A stretch of 40,562 nt of DNA from Sphingomonadales bacterium (GTDB taxonomy: Bacteria; Pseudomonadota; Alphaproteobacteria; Sphingomonadales; CAKZYD01), in NCBI GenBank assembly GCA_050114795.1, contig JASFRS010000003.1, forward strand, positions 1 to 40,562. Direction: 5' to 3'. The notes below the pieces were generated by a model, which was given only the letters and a program-made list of their open reading frames with translations, was not told the origin of the DNA and made no database searches. The position numbers and the translations under genes are program-made. Positions 18,657 to 28,422 of the stretch are shown piece after piece; the stretch's first letter is position 1, and every line of letters starts with the position of its first letter.

Positions 18657-19736
18657 ATGAGTGATGAAAACACCATATTGACGGTCGACCTAAACGCTTT
18701 GCGTGCAAATTACCGTCTGCTTGCGGACAGGGCCTCGCCTGCCCGCTGCGCTGCTGCCGTTAAAGCCAATGCCTATGGATTGGGTGTTGAGGCCGTAGTT
18801 CCCGCGCTTACAATAGAAGGTTGCGATTGCTTCTTTGTCGCCACGTTTGAAGAAGGTGTTCAAGTCAAACCACTCGCGCCCGCCGCTGAAATTTACATTC
18901 TGGAAGGTCCAAAATCTACAGATTTGACGACTTTTATTACCGAAGGCTTTATTCCCGTTATTAATACAGTGGCGTCCCTTAGGGCCATCATTGATAACCC
19001 CTTACCCTTTGCGCTTCATATTGACACCGGCATGAATCGCCTAGGCGTTCCCGTTGCGGAAATTGAACAGTTGCTCACTGACGAGCCTGATTTTCTTGAT
19101 ACCCTCCCTTTAAAATTAGTCATGAGTCATTTGGCAGCCGGTGGGGATCCGGAAAATGAAATGAATGCCCGTCAATTAAAAGAATTTAACCGCATTCGAG
19201 CGCTTTTACCATCAGTTCCCGCTTCCCTGGCCAATAGTGGCGGCGTGTTATTAGGGGCGTCTTATCACCACCATATGGTCCGCTCTGGGATTGGATTATA
19301 CGGCGGTGCACCGGGCGATGATTTTAAAGATGTTTTCGAAGCTGTTGTGCGGCTCGAAGCGCGTGTCATCCAAATCAAAACCATCAAAGCCGGAGAAAGT
19401 GTCGGTTATGACGGCGCATGGGTAGCTAAGGTTGACAGTATCATCGCGACACTCACCATTGGCTATGCGGACGGATATTCCACCAGTTTCTTTAACAATG
19501 GAAAAGTGCTCATCGGCGGCGAAGTTGCGCCTGTTGTCGGCAAAATATCCATGGACCTGACCACCGTTGACATCACGCACTTGGGAAGTGACAAAGTCGA
19601 AGTTGGTGACTATGCCACTTTAATCGGTGATGAATTGAGCCTTGATACGGTGGCAAAAAGCGGCAATATGCACGCCTATCAACTTTTGACGTCCCTTGGG
19701 ACCCGCGTGGTCCGGAAATATAAATTAGAAGAATAG
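18657..19736 (+). CDS. alr: Alanine racemase
   Basis: AAVKANAYGLG (PLP Lys), HIDTGMNRLG, MSHLA, SLANSGG, GESVGY, GYADG, SMD. Confidence 0.96.
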   Translation: MSDENTILTVDLNALRANYRLLADRASPARCAAAVKANAYGLGVEAVVPALTIEGCDCFFVATFEEGVQVKPLAPAAEIYILEGPKSTDLTTFITEGFIPVINTVASLRAIIDNPLPFALHIDTGMNRLGVPVAEIEQLLTDEPDFLDTLPLKLVMSHLAAGGDPENEMNARQLKEFNRIRALLPSVPASLANSGGVLLGASYHHHMVRSGIGLYGGAPGDDFKDVFEAVVRLEARVIQIKTIKAGESVGYDGAWVAKVDSIIATLTIGYADGYSTSFFNNGKVLIGGEVAPVVGKISMDLTTVDITHLGSDKVEVGDYATLIGDELSLDTVAKSGNMHAYQLLTSLGTRVVRKYKLEE

Positions 19737-19744
19737 AGATCTAA

Positions 19745-20518
19745 ATGACTTTCCTGTCCATTATAGGTCGCGCAGCAATCGCGTTTCTAGCTGCTGTCGG
19801 AAGGCTGGCCCGGTTTACTGGGACAGCGTTATTACATGTTATACGACCCCCGTTATATTTGCGCCTCTTAGGCCAACAAATGATGTCGATTGGTTATTTC
19901 TCTCTCCCCGTTGTTGGCATGACAGCACTTTTCACCGGTGCGGCACTGGCGCAGCAGATTTATGTCGGATCAGCGCGCTTTAATGCAGAAAGCACGGTGG
20001 CAGGCATTGTCGTGATTGCTATTGTAAGGGAACTGGGTCCCGTCCTTGGCGGTCTGATGGTCGCGGGTCGTGTGTCTTCAGCTATGGCAGCGGAACTCGG
20101 CACTATGCGGGTAACTGAACAGATTGACGCCATGGTGACACTTTCAACAGACCCCTTTAAATATTTGATCGTCCCTCGTCTCTTGGCAGCGGTGATCGTT
20201 TTGCCGCTTTTGGTGGTTGTTGCCAACATCATTGGTGTTTTCGGCGGCTTTGTAATCGGCACAAGCAAATTGGGCTTTAATCCTGCCACTTATCTTTCAA
20301 TCACCGTTGACTTTCTTGAAAGCGCGGACGTCGTGTCCAGCCTTGTCAAAGCCGCTGTCTTTGGCTTCATCGTTGCGCTGATGGGTTGCTTCCACGGCTT
20401 CTATTCAAGAGGCGGTGCTCAAGGTGTTGGCCGGGCAACGACGGATGCTGTAGTTTCCGCCTTCATCATGATCCTTCTGGCAAATCTGATTATCACAGTG
20501 ACGGTGTTCGGCTCATGA
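19745..20518 (+). CDS. mlaE: MlaE-family lipid ABC transporter permease
   Basis: RELGPVLGGLMVAGRVSSAMAAELGTMRVTEQIDA and GGAQGVGRATT motifs. Confidence 0.93.
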   Translation: MTFLSIIGRAAIAFLAAVGRLARFTGTALLHVIRPPLYLRLLGQQMMSIGYFSLPVVGMTALFTGAALAQQIYVGSARFNAESTVAGIVVIAIVRELGPVLGGLMVAGRVSSAMAAELGTMRVTEQIDAMVTLSTDPFKYLIVPRLLAAVIVLPLLVVVANIIGVFGGFVIGTSKLGFNPATYLSITVDFLESADVVSSLVKAAVFGFIVALMGCFHGFYSRGGAQGVGRATTDAVVSAFIMILLANLIITVTVFGS

Positions 20519-21291
20519 GTGAACAAGCAAAAATCGAACTGAAAAATGTTCATAAGAGCTTTGGCCCTAAAACCGTTTTGAACGGCGTCGATTTATCCGT
20601 CGCTAAAGGTGAATCCCTGGTCATAATCGGCGGTTCCGGGACGGGCAAATCCGTTCTGATTAAATGTATTCTCGGTATATTGCGTCCTGAAAGTGGAACA
20701 ATCTGCGTTGATGGGGAAAACGCCATTGGTTTGAGCGGAAGCAGCCGCCAAAAACTACTTCGGAAATTTGGGATGTTGTTCCAGGGCGGCGCGCTGTTTG
20801 ACAGCCTTCCCGTCTGGCGCAACGTTGCCTTTGGCCTTATTGAAGCGCAAAGGATGAACCGCAAAGATGCGCGTGAAATTTCCATCGAAATGCTACGCCG
20901 GGTTGGTTTGAAACCCGATGTTGCGGACCTAGCGCCATCAGAGCTTTCCGGTGGCATGCAGAAACGTGTCGGTCTTGCCCGTGCGATTGCGGCTAAACCG
21001 GAAATCCTGTTCTTTGACGAGCCAACAACCGGACTTGATCCAATCATGGCCGACGTGATCAATGAATTAATTGTCGAACGTGTAAAAGACCTCGGAGCGA
21101 CCGCTATTACCATCACTCATGACATGTCGTCGGTTCGTAAAATCGCTGATCATGTGGGCATGCTCTATGAGGGCAAAATCATCTGGAATGGTAGTCGCGA
21201 AGATATTGATCAAAGCGGCAATGACTATGTCGATCAGTTCATTCATGGTCGTGCTGAAGGTCCCATACAAATGGAATTGCTAAAACGCTAA
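20515..21291 (+). CDS. mlaF: MlaF/Ttg2A-family ABC ATP-binding protein
   Basis: Start trimmed to MSEQAK (ATGA overlap with mlaE); GGSGTGKS, FQGGALFDSL, LSGGMQKRVGLARA, DEPTTGLDP, ITHD. Confidence 0.92.
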   Translation: MSEQAKIELKNVHKSFGPKTVLNGVDLSVAKGESLVIIGGSGTGKSVLIKCILGILRPESGTICVDGENAIGLSGSSRQKLLRKFGMLFQGGALFDSLPVWRNVAFGLIEAQRMNRKDAREISIEMLRRVGLKPDVADLAPSELSGGMQKRVGLARAIAAKPEILFFDEPTTGLDPIMADVINELIVERVKDLGATAITITHDMSSVRKIADHVGMLYEGKIIWNGSREDIDQSGNDYVDQFIHGRAEGPIQMELLKR

Positions 21292-21302
21292 AGCTGATAT
21301 AT

Positions 21303-21317
21303 GTTCTCTTTATGTTC
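21303..21317 (+). promoter_or_regulatory. Alphaproteobacterial LexA (SOS) box upstream of radA
   Basis: GTTC-TCTTTAT-GTTC is an exact GTTC-N7-GTTC direct repeat, 19 nt before the ATG of a DNA-repair gene. Confidence 0.8.
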
Positions 21318-21336
21318 TATATCAGTGTGAGGCAAA

Positions 21337-22692
21337 ATGGCTAAAGTCCAAACCCGTTATGTCTGCCAGACTTGTGGTGCAGTCACTGCAAAATGGCAAG
21401 GGCAATGCAGCGGCTGCAATGAATGGAACAGCATTGTCGAGGAGAGCTTATCCCGCGACATGCCGCGCGGTGCAGCAAAAGCACGTCCCGTTCAACTAAC
21501 GGCTTTGTCTGAAACGGTTGAAGAAGCTCCACGGCGCATGATTGGCATTGGGGAGCTTGACCGTACATTAGGCGGCGGGCTTGTACCCGGATCAGCCATA
21601 TTGATCGGCGGTGATCCTGGTATCGGCAAATCAACATTGCTTTTGGATGCCGCAGGGCGCCTCGCCCGCTCTGGTGCGCGCGTGATTTATATTTCCGGTG
21701 AGGAAGCCGGAAATCAAGTCCGCTTGCGTGCTAAACGCATGGGGCTAACCGATGCTGCTGTTGAGTTAGGCACGGCAACCAATCTGAATGATATTTTAGC
21801 CACTTTGGATGATGGTCCAGCCCCTGACGCTGTCATCATCGATTCTATTCAGACTATTTATTCAGATGAATTGGAATCTGCACCCGGTACAGTCAGCCAG
21901 GTCAGGGCAACGGCTCAAGCTCTTATCCGATTTGCAAAGTCGCGTGGCTCAGCCATGTTTCTCGTCGGGCATGTCACAAAAGACGGTCAGATTGCCGGAC
22001 CACGCGTTCTTGAACATATGGTCGATACGGTTCTCTATTTTGAAGGTGAACGCGGTCATCAATTCAGGATTTTGCGTGCCGTTAAAAACCGCTTTGGTGG
22101 CACCGACGAAATCGGCGTCTTTGAAATGACCGGCGAAGGCTTAAGAGAAGTCACCAACCCGTCCGAACTTTTTCTTTCAGATAGGGCTGAAGGTGTAACA
22201 GGCTCTGTTGTTTTCGCCGGGATCGAGGGGTCCAGACCCCTGCTTGTTGAAATTCAAGCTTTAGTTTCCCCAACACCTGCGGCAAATCCAAGACGGACAG
22301 TCGTTGGCTGGGATAGCGGACGACTGGCAACCGTTCTTGCTGTTCTGGATGCCCGTGCCGGGTTAGGGCTCGGGAATTATGATGTTTATCTCAATGTAGC
22401 AGGTGGACTTAAAATAGCGGAACCTGCTGCTGATCTGGCCGTGGCTGCAGCCCTTATTTCATCGCTTACTGGGAAAAGCATAGATCATAAGATGGTTGTG
22501 TTCGGGGAAATCGCTTTATCAGGTGAAGTTCGCAACGTTCCACAGGGGCAGCAAAGGCTGAAAGAAGCTCAAAAATTGGGTTTCGAACAAGCACTTATGC
22601 CAAAGACGGATAAGGCCGGTGCAAAAAACATGAAAATCGCGGCAGTCACCTCAGTTCAGGCTTTAGTTGACAGGCTTTCAGGAAATTCCTAA
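21337..22692 (+). CDS. radA: DNA repair protein RadA/Sms
   Basis: Zn finger CQTC...CSGC, Walker A GDPGIGKS, KNRFG motif, Lon-like C-terminal domain. Confidence 0.98.
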   Translation: MAKVQTRYVCQTCGAVTAKWQGQCSGCNEWNSIVEESLSRDMPRGAAKARPVQLTALSETVEEAPRRMIGIGELDRTLGGGLVPGSAILIGGDPGIGKSTLLLDAAGRLARSGARVIYISGEEAGNQVRLRAKRMGLTDAAVELGTATNLNDILATLDDGPAPDAVIIDSIQTIYSDELESAPGTVSQVRATAQALIRFAKSRGSAMFLVGHVTKDGQIAGPRVLEHMVDTVLYFEGERGHQFRILRAVKNRFGGTDEIGVFEMTGEGLREVTNPSELFLSDRAEGVTGSVVFAGIEGSRPLLVEIQALVSPTPAANPRRTVVGWDSGRLATVLAVLDARAGLGLGNYDVYLNVAGGLKIAEPAADLAVAAALISSLTGKSIDHKMVVFGEIALSGEVRNVPQGQQRLKEAQKLGFEQALMPKTDKAGAKNMKIAAVTSVQALVDRLSGNS

Positions 22693-22726
22693 GTCCTGTT
22701 AAGGGGCGCTTTTTGGAGGCATTTAT

Positions 22727-23449
22727 ATGGCCTGGTTTGACCTGGCACTGATTGTGCTCTTAGCCGTTTCAACCATTTTCGCCTTTTTTAGAGGATTCGT
22801 AACAGAAGCGTTACATCTCATCGCTTTAGGCGGTGCCGTCATCGCAACTGTCATCGGCTATCCCTATCTAGAACCATATTTGGTGAACTTGGTTGGCAAA
22901 TCCATCATAGTGACCTGGATCGGTAATGCTGTGACTTTTATCGTCACTCTAGCCGCATTACGTTTTGGCGCGAATTTCATTGGTTCAAAGGTACGACAAT
23001 CGGAGTTGGGCTTTCTAGACCGCAGTCTTGGCGCACTGTTTGGCGCACTACGCGGCTTCTTAATCGTCGTTTTCATTTATATCTTATTCCTGCGCCTGTG
23101 GCAGCCTACAAATACACCGGAATTCATCCAAGAGGCTCGATTAGGCTTTTTTGTGACTGATGCAGCTGAGATTTTAGATCCTTATATCGACGGGGACTCT
23201 GTAAAAACCATCGTTGATAAGGCGCGTAATGTTCTCCCCGAAAAACCAATAGAAAAGGCAAAGCGTCAAACCGAACAACCAACTGAACCACCGAAACAGG
23301 AACCCGCTTATAATGAAGAACAGCGGGACGCCTTAGACGAGTTATTTGAGTCAGAGGTTGTTGATAAAGCTATCGATAAAAGCGTTGACAAAATCCTTGA
23401 ACGGATGTCAGGCGAAGAAACAAGTGACGACAGTTCATCAAAAAACTGA
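22727..23449 (+). CDS. cvpA: CvpA family membrane protein with a C-terminal hydrophilic extension
   Basis: DLALIV...FFRGFVTE and LDRSLGALFGALRG motifs; radA-cvpA-purF context. Confidence 0.9.
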   Translation: MAWFDLALIVLLAVSTIFAFFRGFVTEALHLIALGGAVIATVIGYPYLEPYLVNLVGKSIIVTWIGNAVTFIVTLAALRFGANFIGSKVRQSELGFLDRSLGALFGALRGFLIVVFIYILFLRLWQPTNTPEFIQEARLGFFVTDAAEILDPYIDGDSVKTIVDKARNVLPEKPIEKAKRQTEQPTEPPKQEPAYNEEQRDALDELFESEVVDKAIDKSVDKILERMSGEETSDDSSSKN

Positions 23450-23531
23450 AACACGACAAAATCCGTGGCAATCGTCTAAAGCTTGGTTTATAGCTCAACT
23501 CAATCGCGCGCCAATCCATTAGGGGTTCGTT

Positions 23532-24989
23532 ATGGATATTACCACCCATCCCTTTGACGACGATAAATTACGGGAAGAATGCGGGATCTTCGGCATTTTT
23601 GGTACACAGGATGCCGCTACCCACACCGTTTTGGGCCTTCATGCCCTGCAACACCGTGGTCAAGAGGCAGCCGGTATCACCAGTTTTGATGGCACCCGCT
23701 TCCACAGCCATAAAAGCGCAGGACATGTTGGTGATAATTTCTCCAGCCCTGCCATTATGGAACAGCTTAAAGGCCGTGTTGCAATCGGCCATGTGCGCTA
23801 TTCAACCACTGGCGAAACGGCAATGCGCAATGTTCAGCCGCTTTTCGCTGAATTGTCATCTGGTGGATTTGCTGTTGCACATAATGGCAATCTAACCAAT
23901 GCGGCAACTTTGCGCCGGGATTTGATTGCGCGTGGGTCTATATTCCAATCTACCAGTGATACTGAAGTCATCATTCATCTGCTTGCGAATAGCAGGAATC
24001 ATGACATTCTCGATCAACTCATTGATTCACTAAAGCAAATTGAAGGTGCTTATTCTCTAATCGCTTTGGCCGGCGATATGTTGATCGGTGTACGCGACCC
24101 TTTAGGTGTACGTCCGTTAGTTCTAGGTCGCCTGGAAGACGGTAGCAGCATATTGGCGTCGGAGACTTGCGCTCTTGATATCATCGGCGCGGTATTCTTG
24201 CGCGAAATTGAACCTGGTGAAGTCGTCATTATTTCCGATGAAGGCTTACGCAGTTTTCGACCTTTTCCACCTACTCCTGCGCGCCCCTGTATTTTTGAAC
24301 ATGTCTATTTTTCCAGACCGGACAGTTATTTAGACGGTTTCAGCGTTTACAATGTACGCAAACGGATTGGCGCGGAATTGGCGCAGGAAGCGCCCGTTGA
24401 TGCAGATATGATTGTGCCCGTTCCGGATTCGGGAACACCTGCCGCCATAGGCTATGCGCAGCAAGTCGGTATTCCTTTTGAATTGGGTATTGTCCGCAAT
24501 CATTATATCGGGCGGACCTTCATTGAACCCACTGACAATATTCGCCATTTAGGTGTGAAACTGAAGCTTAATGCTAATAATTGGCAGTTAAAGGGTAAGC
24601 GCGTTGTTCTCGTTGATGACTCCATTGTTCGTGGAACCACATCAGTCAAAATTGTAGAAATGGTCCGCAGGGCTGGGGCAAGCGAAGTTCATATGCGCAT
24701 CGCCAGCCCCCCTACCCGCTTCCCGTGCTATTATGGCGTCGACACACCAGAACGCTCTAAATTGCTCGCATCCAATATGGATTTGGACAGCATGTGCAAA
24801 TATATCGGCTGTGATAGCTTGGCGTTTATTTCGTTGGATGGTTTATACCGCGCCTTGGAGTTAAAAAGTCGCAATGTAGGACAACCGCAGTTTTGCGATG
24901 CTTGTTTCTCCGGTGAATACCCAACACGCCTGACAGACCGTAAAGAATTAGAGGCTCCCAAGCAAAAGAGCCTGCTCACAGAAAGCTAG
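23532..24989 (+). CDS. purF: Amidophosphoribosyltransferase
   Basis: Propeptide followed by EECGIFG, LQHRGQE, GHVRYST, VPDSG, VDDSIVRGTT, and Fe-S cysteines (PCYYG, FCDAC). Confidence 0.98.
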   Translation: MDITTHPFDDDKLREECGIFGIFGTQDAATHTVLGLHALQHRGQEAAGITSFDGTRFHSHKSAGHVGDNFSSPAIMEQLKGRVAIGHVRYSTTGETAMRNVQPLFAELSSGGFAVAHNGNLTNAATLRRDLIARGSIFQSTSDTEVIIHLLANSRNHDILDQLIDSLKQIEGAYSLIALAGDMLIGVRDPLGVRPLVLGRLEDGSSILASETCALDIIGAVFLREIEPGEVVIISDEGLRSFRPFPPTPARPCIFEHVYFSRPDSYLDGFSVYNVRKRIGAELAQEAPVDADMIVPVPDSGTPAAIGYAQQVGIPFELGIVRNHYIGRTFIEPTDNIRHLGVKLKLNANNWQLKGKRVVLVDDSIVRGTTSVKIVEMVRRAGASEVHMRIASPPTRFPCYYGVDTPERSKLLASNMDLDSMCKYIGCDSLAFISLDGLYRALELKSRNVGQPQFCDACFSGEYPTRLTDRKELEAPKQKSLLTES

Positions 24990-24995
24990 AATATT

Positions 24996-25730
24996 ATGCC
25001 TCAACACCCTGATTTAAGGGGCAAACTTGCCCTGATAACTGGTGCGTCACGTGGAATTGGTGAAGCCATTGCATTGGGCTTGGCGCGTGCCGGTGCGCAT
25101 GTCATCCTCGTTGCCCGCACGGCAGGTGCCTTAGAAGAGCTTGATGACAAAATTCAAAAAGAAGGTCTGGAACCGGCCACACTTGTACCTTTTGATCTAA
25201 ATGACGGTAACGCAATCGATCGCTTGGGTGCCGTTGTCGCAGAGCGTTGGGGAAAGCTTGATATTTTGGTTGGTAATGCCGGGGCTTTAGGTGAACTCAT
25301 GCCTCTAACCCATATGACGGTTAAAGATTGGGACGCTCTCATCAATATCAATCTGAATGCGAATTGGCGGTTACTCCGTGCCTTTGACCCTCTTTTGCGG
25401 GCTGCGGACAACGGCCGAGCGATCTTTGTCACATCCGGTGCAGCGCGTAAATCCAAAGCCTATTGGGGCCCCTATGCCATTACCAAAGCAGCTTTGGAAA
25501 AGATGGTCGAAACTTATGCCGCGGAGGTTCAGAACATCACCAACGTCCGCGCTAACCTCCTGGACCCTGGGCCAATGCGGACGCGCATGCGTGCCTCAGC
25601 CATGCCCGGCGAGGACCCAATGTCCCTGCCGCATCCAGAAGAAATCATTCCTCTTGTGAATCACATGGCTTCGGAAGCCTGCGATGAAAGTGGTAAATTA
25701 TTCAAATTTTCTGAATGGCCCGAAACTTAG
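24996..25730 (+). CDS. SDR family oxidoreductase (YciK-like)
   Basis: TGASRGIG, GNAG, YAITK (YxxxK), PGPMRTRMRA; follows purF. Confidence 0.9.
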   Translation: MPQHPDLRGKLALITGASRGIGEAIALGLARAGAHVILVARTAGALEELDDKIQKEGLEPATLVPFDLNDGNAIDRLGAVVAERWGKLDILVGNAGALGELMPLTHMTVKDWDALININLNANWRLLRAFDPLLRAADNGRAIFVTSGAARKSKAYWGPYAITKAALEKMVETYAAEVQNITNVRANLLDPGPMRTRMRASAMPGEDPMSLPHPEEIIPLVNHMASEACDESGKLFKFSEWPET

Positions 25731-27076
25731 GACTTATCGTGATAGGGGTTTTTGCCCTCTTTTAAATGCATTCGGATCGGCACACCCTCTAAGCCAAATG
25801 TAAGCCGAAGATCATTGACCAAATAGCGCACATAGCTGTCTGGCAACGCATCTGCCCTGTTTACAAACAAAGCAAATGTTGGCGGACGTGTCTTCGCTTG
25901 TGTTGCATAACGGATCTTTATACGGCGCCCTTTTGCGGCTGGCGGTGGGTTCGTATCAAGAGCATCGCTTAACCATCTGTTTAAAGCTGCTGTCGCGATA
26001 CGTTTGTTCCATGTTTCATGGATAGACAGAACCGTAGGCATTAAGCGGTTAATGCCCTGCCCTGTTTCCGCTGATAAAGCGATTAATGGCACGTCTTTGA
26101 CTTGAGCCAAAGAAATACTCAAAGCTTCTCTAATACTTTTTAATAAGCCCTGACGGTCTTCAACGATGTCCCATTTATTAACCGCCAAGACCAATGCGCG
26201 CCCCTCTTCAACAACAGAGGCAGCAATTTTCAAATCTTGATTTTCAAGGCCCAATGTACCGTCAATCAGAAGCACAACAACTTCGGCATATTGAATAGCA
26301 CGCTTAGTATCAGCCGCGGACAGGCGTTCCAGCTTTTCAGATATTTTAGCGCGCTTACGCAAACCCGCAGTATCAAACAATCTAATTGGATGTCCGTTCC
26401 ACTCCCAATCGATACCGATAGAGTCCCTGGTTATTCCTGCTTCAGGCCCCGTTACAAGACGGTCTTCATTGATCAAATGGTTAATCAATGTCGATTTACC
26501 AGCATTTGGTCGTCCAACGATGGCCATTTGCAACGGCTTTTGGGCGCCTTCATCCTCTTCTTTAGATTGTTCCTGGCCCCGCTCCCATTCGGCTTCACGT
26601 AACGCCTGATAAAGCTCTGCCAAGCCTTCACCATGCTCGGCTGAAACCGCAACTGGCTCCCCAAAGCCCAGACTATAAGCCTCATAAAGTCCGGATTCAG
26701 CGGCGCGCCCCTCGCATTTATTGGCAACAAGGATGACGCGGACGCCCTTTGAACGCAGCCAATCTGCGAAATACTCATCAAGCGGTGTCAAACCAGCACG
26801 TGCATCAATAAGGAATAAGGTAACATCGGCATCGCCAAGAGCAGCCGCAGTCTGCGCGCGCATTCTCGATGACAAAGCATGCGCCTCATCATCCTCCAGG
26901 CCCGCCGTATCAATCACGCGAAAGCGAAAATCACCAATTCGCCCCTCCCCTTCGCGGCGATCACGTGTGACCCCCGGTTGATCGTCAACAAGGGCCAGGC
27001 GTTTTCCAACCAGGCGATTGAACAGAGTCGATTTACCCACATTGGGTCGACCAATGATGGCGATTGAGAAGGGCAT
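25727..27076 (-). CDS. der: Ribosome biogenesis GTPase Der (EngA)
   Basis: Two G domains (GRPNVGKS, GRPNAGKS; DTAG twice; NKCE/NKWD) and a KH-like C-terminus. Confidence 0.98.
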   Translation of the reverse strand: MPFSIAIIGRPNVGKSTLFNRLVGKRLALVDDQPGVTRDRREGEGRIGDFRFRVIDTAGLEDDEAHALSSRMRAQTAAALGDADVTLFLIDARAGLTPLDEYFADWLRSKGVRVILVANKCEGRAAESGLYEAYSLGFGEPVAVSAEHGEGLAELYQALREAEWERGQEQSKEEDEGAQKPLQMAIVGRPNAGKSTLINHLINEDRLVTGPEAGITRDSIGIDWEWNGHPIRLFDTAGLRKRAKISEKLERLSAADTKRAIQYAEVVVLLIDGTLGLENQDLKIAASVVEEGRALVLAVNKWDIVEDRQGLLKSIREALSISLAQVKDVPLIALSAETGQGINRLMPTVLSIHETWNKRIATAALNRWLSDALDTNPPPAAKGRRIKIRYATQAKTRPPTFALFVNRADALPDSYVRYLVNDLRLTFGLEGVPIRMHLKEGKNPYHDKS

Positions 27077-27087
27077 ATGCCTGTTTA

Positions 27088-28422
27088 CTACCGATAAGCG
27101 GTCACATCTCCATCATCGGAGAGGACGTATAATGTTTCATTCGCCAGGATCGGTGGCATATGAGTGCCCTCGCTTAAGCGAACGCCACTTAGCACCTCAC
27201 CTGAATAGGGTGATACAGAAATCAAATAACCATGAGATGAAGTCAGAAGCAGACGGTCACTTGCCAATATCGGGCCGGACCATGTGATAACACCTTCACG
27301 ATCTTCCGGGTCTGTAAAGCGTTGGAGCTGCGTTGACCAGCGAATTCGTCCATCGCGACGCTGAATAGCCAATAATTCATTATCGACTGAGACCATAAAA
27401 ATATATTCACCGGCAATCCACGGGGTTGCAATAGCCGCCACATCCTGTTCCCAGATCCGGTTCCCAGATGTGTAGTCAATAGCAACCATCCGACCTGCAT
27501 GACTGACTGCATAAACAGTGCCGCGATCTACAATGGGATCCCCATCAATGTCATTCAATGTTGCAAGGGCAGTCAAACGACCAGTCCTCGACAAAGTATC
27601 CGTCCACGCAACCCGCCCATTTTCAACGCGAAGCGCAAAAAGCTCACCAGATGAATAAGCCGCCAACACGGTGCCACCGCCAACGGCTGGCGCTGCAGAG
27701 CCAAGAATGCCGGCAACTTCCACGATCCCAATATGCGTCCAAAGTTCGACGCCATCTTCAGCGGCAAGCGCAATCAATTGGTTATCATGCGTCACGCCAA
27801 AAACACGGCCCTCTGAATAAGCAGGCGCACCACGGAATGGAATAGTCGCTTCATAGCGCCATAATTCCGTGCCTGTTTCTGCATCCAAAGCCAGCATCAT
27901 TCCATAGCCGTTGGTTGCAAAGATTTTACCTTCGCCATAAGCAACGCCACCACCAAAGGCAATTTTATTGCCTTCTTTTTTAACCTTGAAAGAACGCTTC
28001 CAAATTTCACGACCTGTGGCAGCATCAAGGGCGCTAACCGTAGCCTTACTGTCAATCGCATAAAGAATGCCATCAACGACGATTGGCGCTGTCACAAGGC
28101 GGTATTTACCACTGGATCCACGGCCAATACTCCGCCGCCAAAGCCGTTGCGGGGCATCGCCTAAGGACAGATGATGCATTGCGTTGGATGCGGACCCACC
28201 CGATTGGGTCCAGTTCAAATTTTTATAGGGCTGTGGCAAGATGACAGGATCATCCGCCAATGTCGGATCCGCCTCTAAATTCTTCTTAAAGCTTAAAACG
28301 GAAATCCGTTCCCCGCTTAAAGGGGTTTCAGGTGTTTTATCATCACCACCGCTACATGCCGCCAATAAGCTGAACGCACAAAACAAAGCTGTGGATTTTA
28401 AAATCGTCGCGCTTCTTATCAT
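27088..28422 (-). CDS. bamB: Outer-membrane assembly lipoprotein BamB-like (PQQ-like beta-propeller)
   Basis: Lipobox LLAAC, repeated ALDA.TG..W propeller blades; yfgM-bamB-der context. Confidence 0.85.
   Translation of the reverse strand: MIRSATILKSTALFCAFSLLAACSGGDDKTPETPLSGERISVLSFKKNLEADPTLADDPVILPQPYKNLNWTQSGGSASNAMHHLSLGDAPQRLWRRSIGRGSSGKYRLVTAPIVVDGILYAIDSKATVSALDAATGREIWKRSFKVKKEGNKIAFGGGVAYGEGKIFATNGYGMMLALDAETGTELWRYEATIPFRGAPAYSEGRVFGVTHDNQLIALAAEDGVELWTHIGIVEVAGILGSAAPAVGGGTVLAAYSSGELFALRVENGRVAWTDTLSRTGRLTALATLNDIDGDPIVDRGTVYAVSHAGRMVAIDYTSGNRIWEQDVAAIATPWIAGEYIFMVSVDNELLAIQRRDGRIRWSTQLQRFTDPEDREGVITWSGPILASDRLLLTSSHGYLISVSPYSGEVLSGVRLSEGTHMPPILANETLYVLSDDGDVTAYR

Noticed and set aside
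20550-21116. 188-aa antisense ORF within mlaF, and similar shadow ORFs (e.g. 17676-18176, 36495-37007, 34237-34665, 13116-13487)
   Set aside because: They lie on or largely across well-conserved genes, have no recognisable motifs, and are explained by codon bias on the coding strand.
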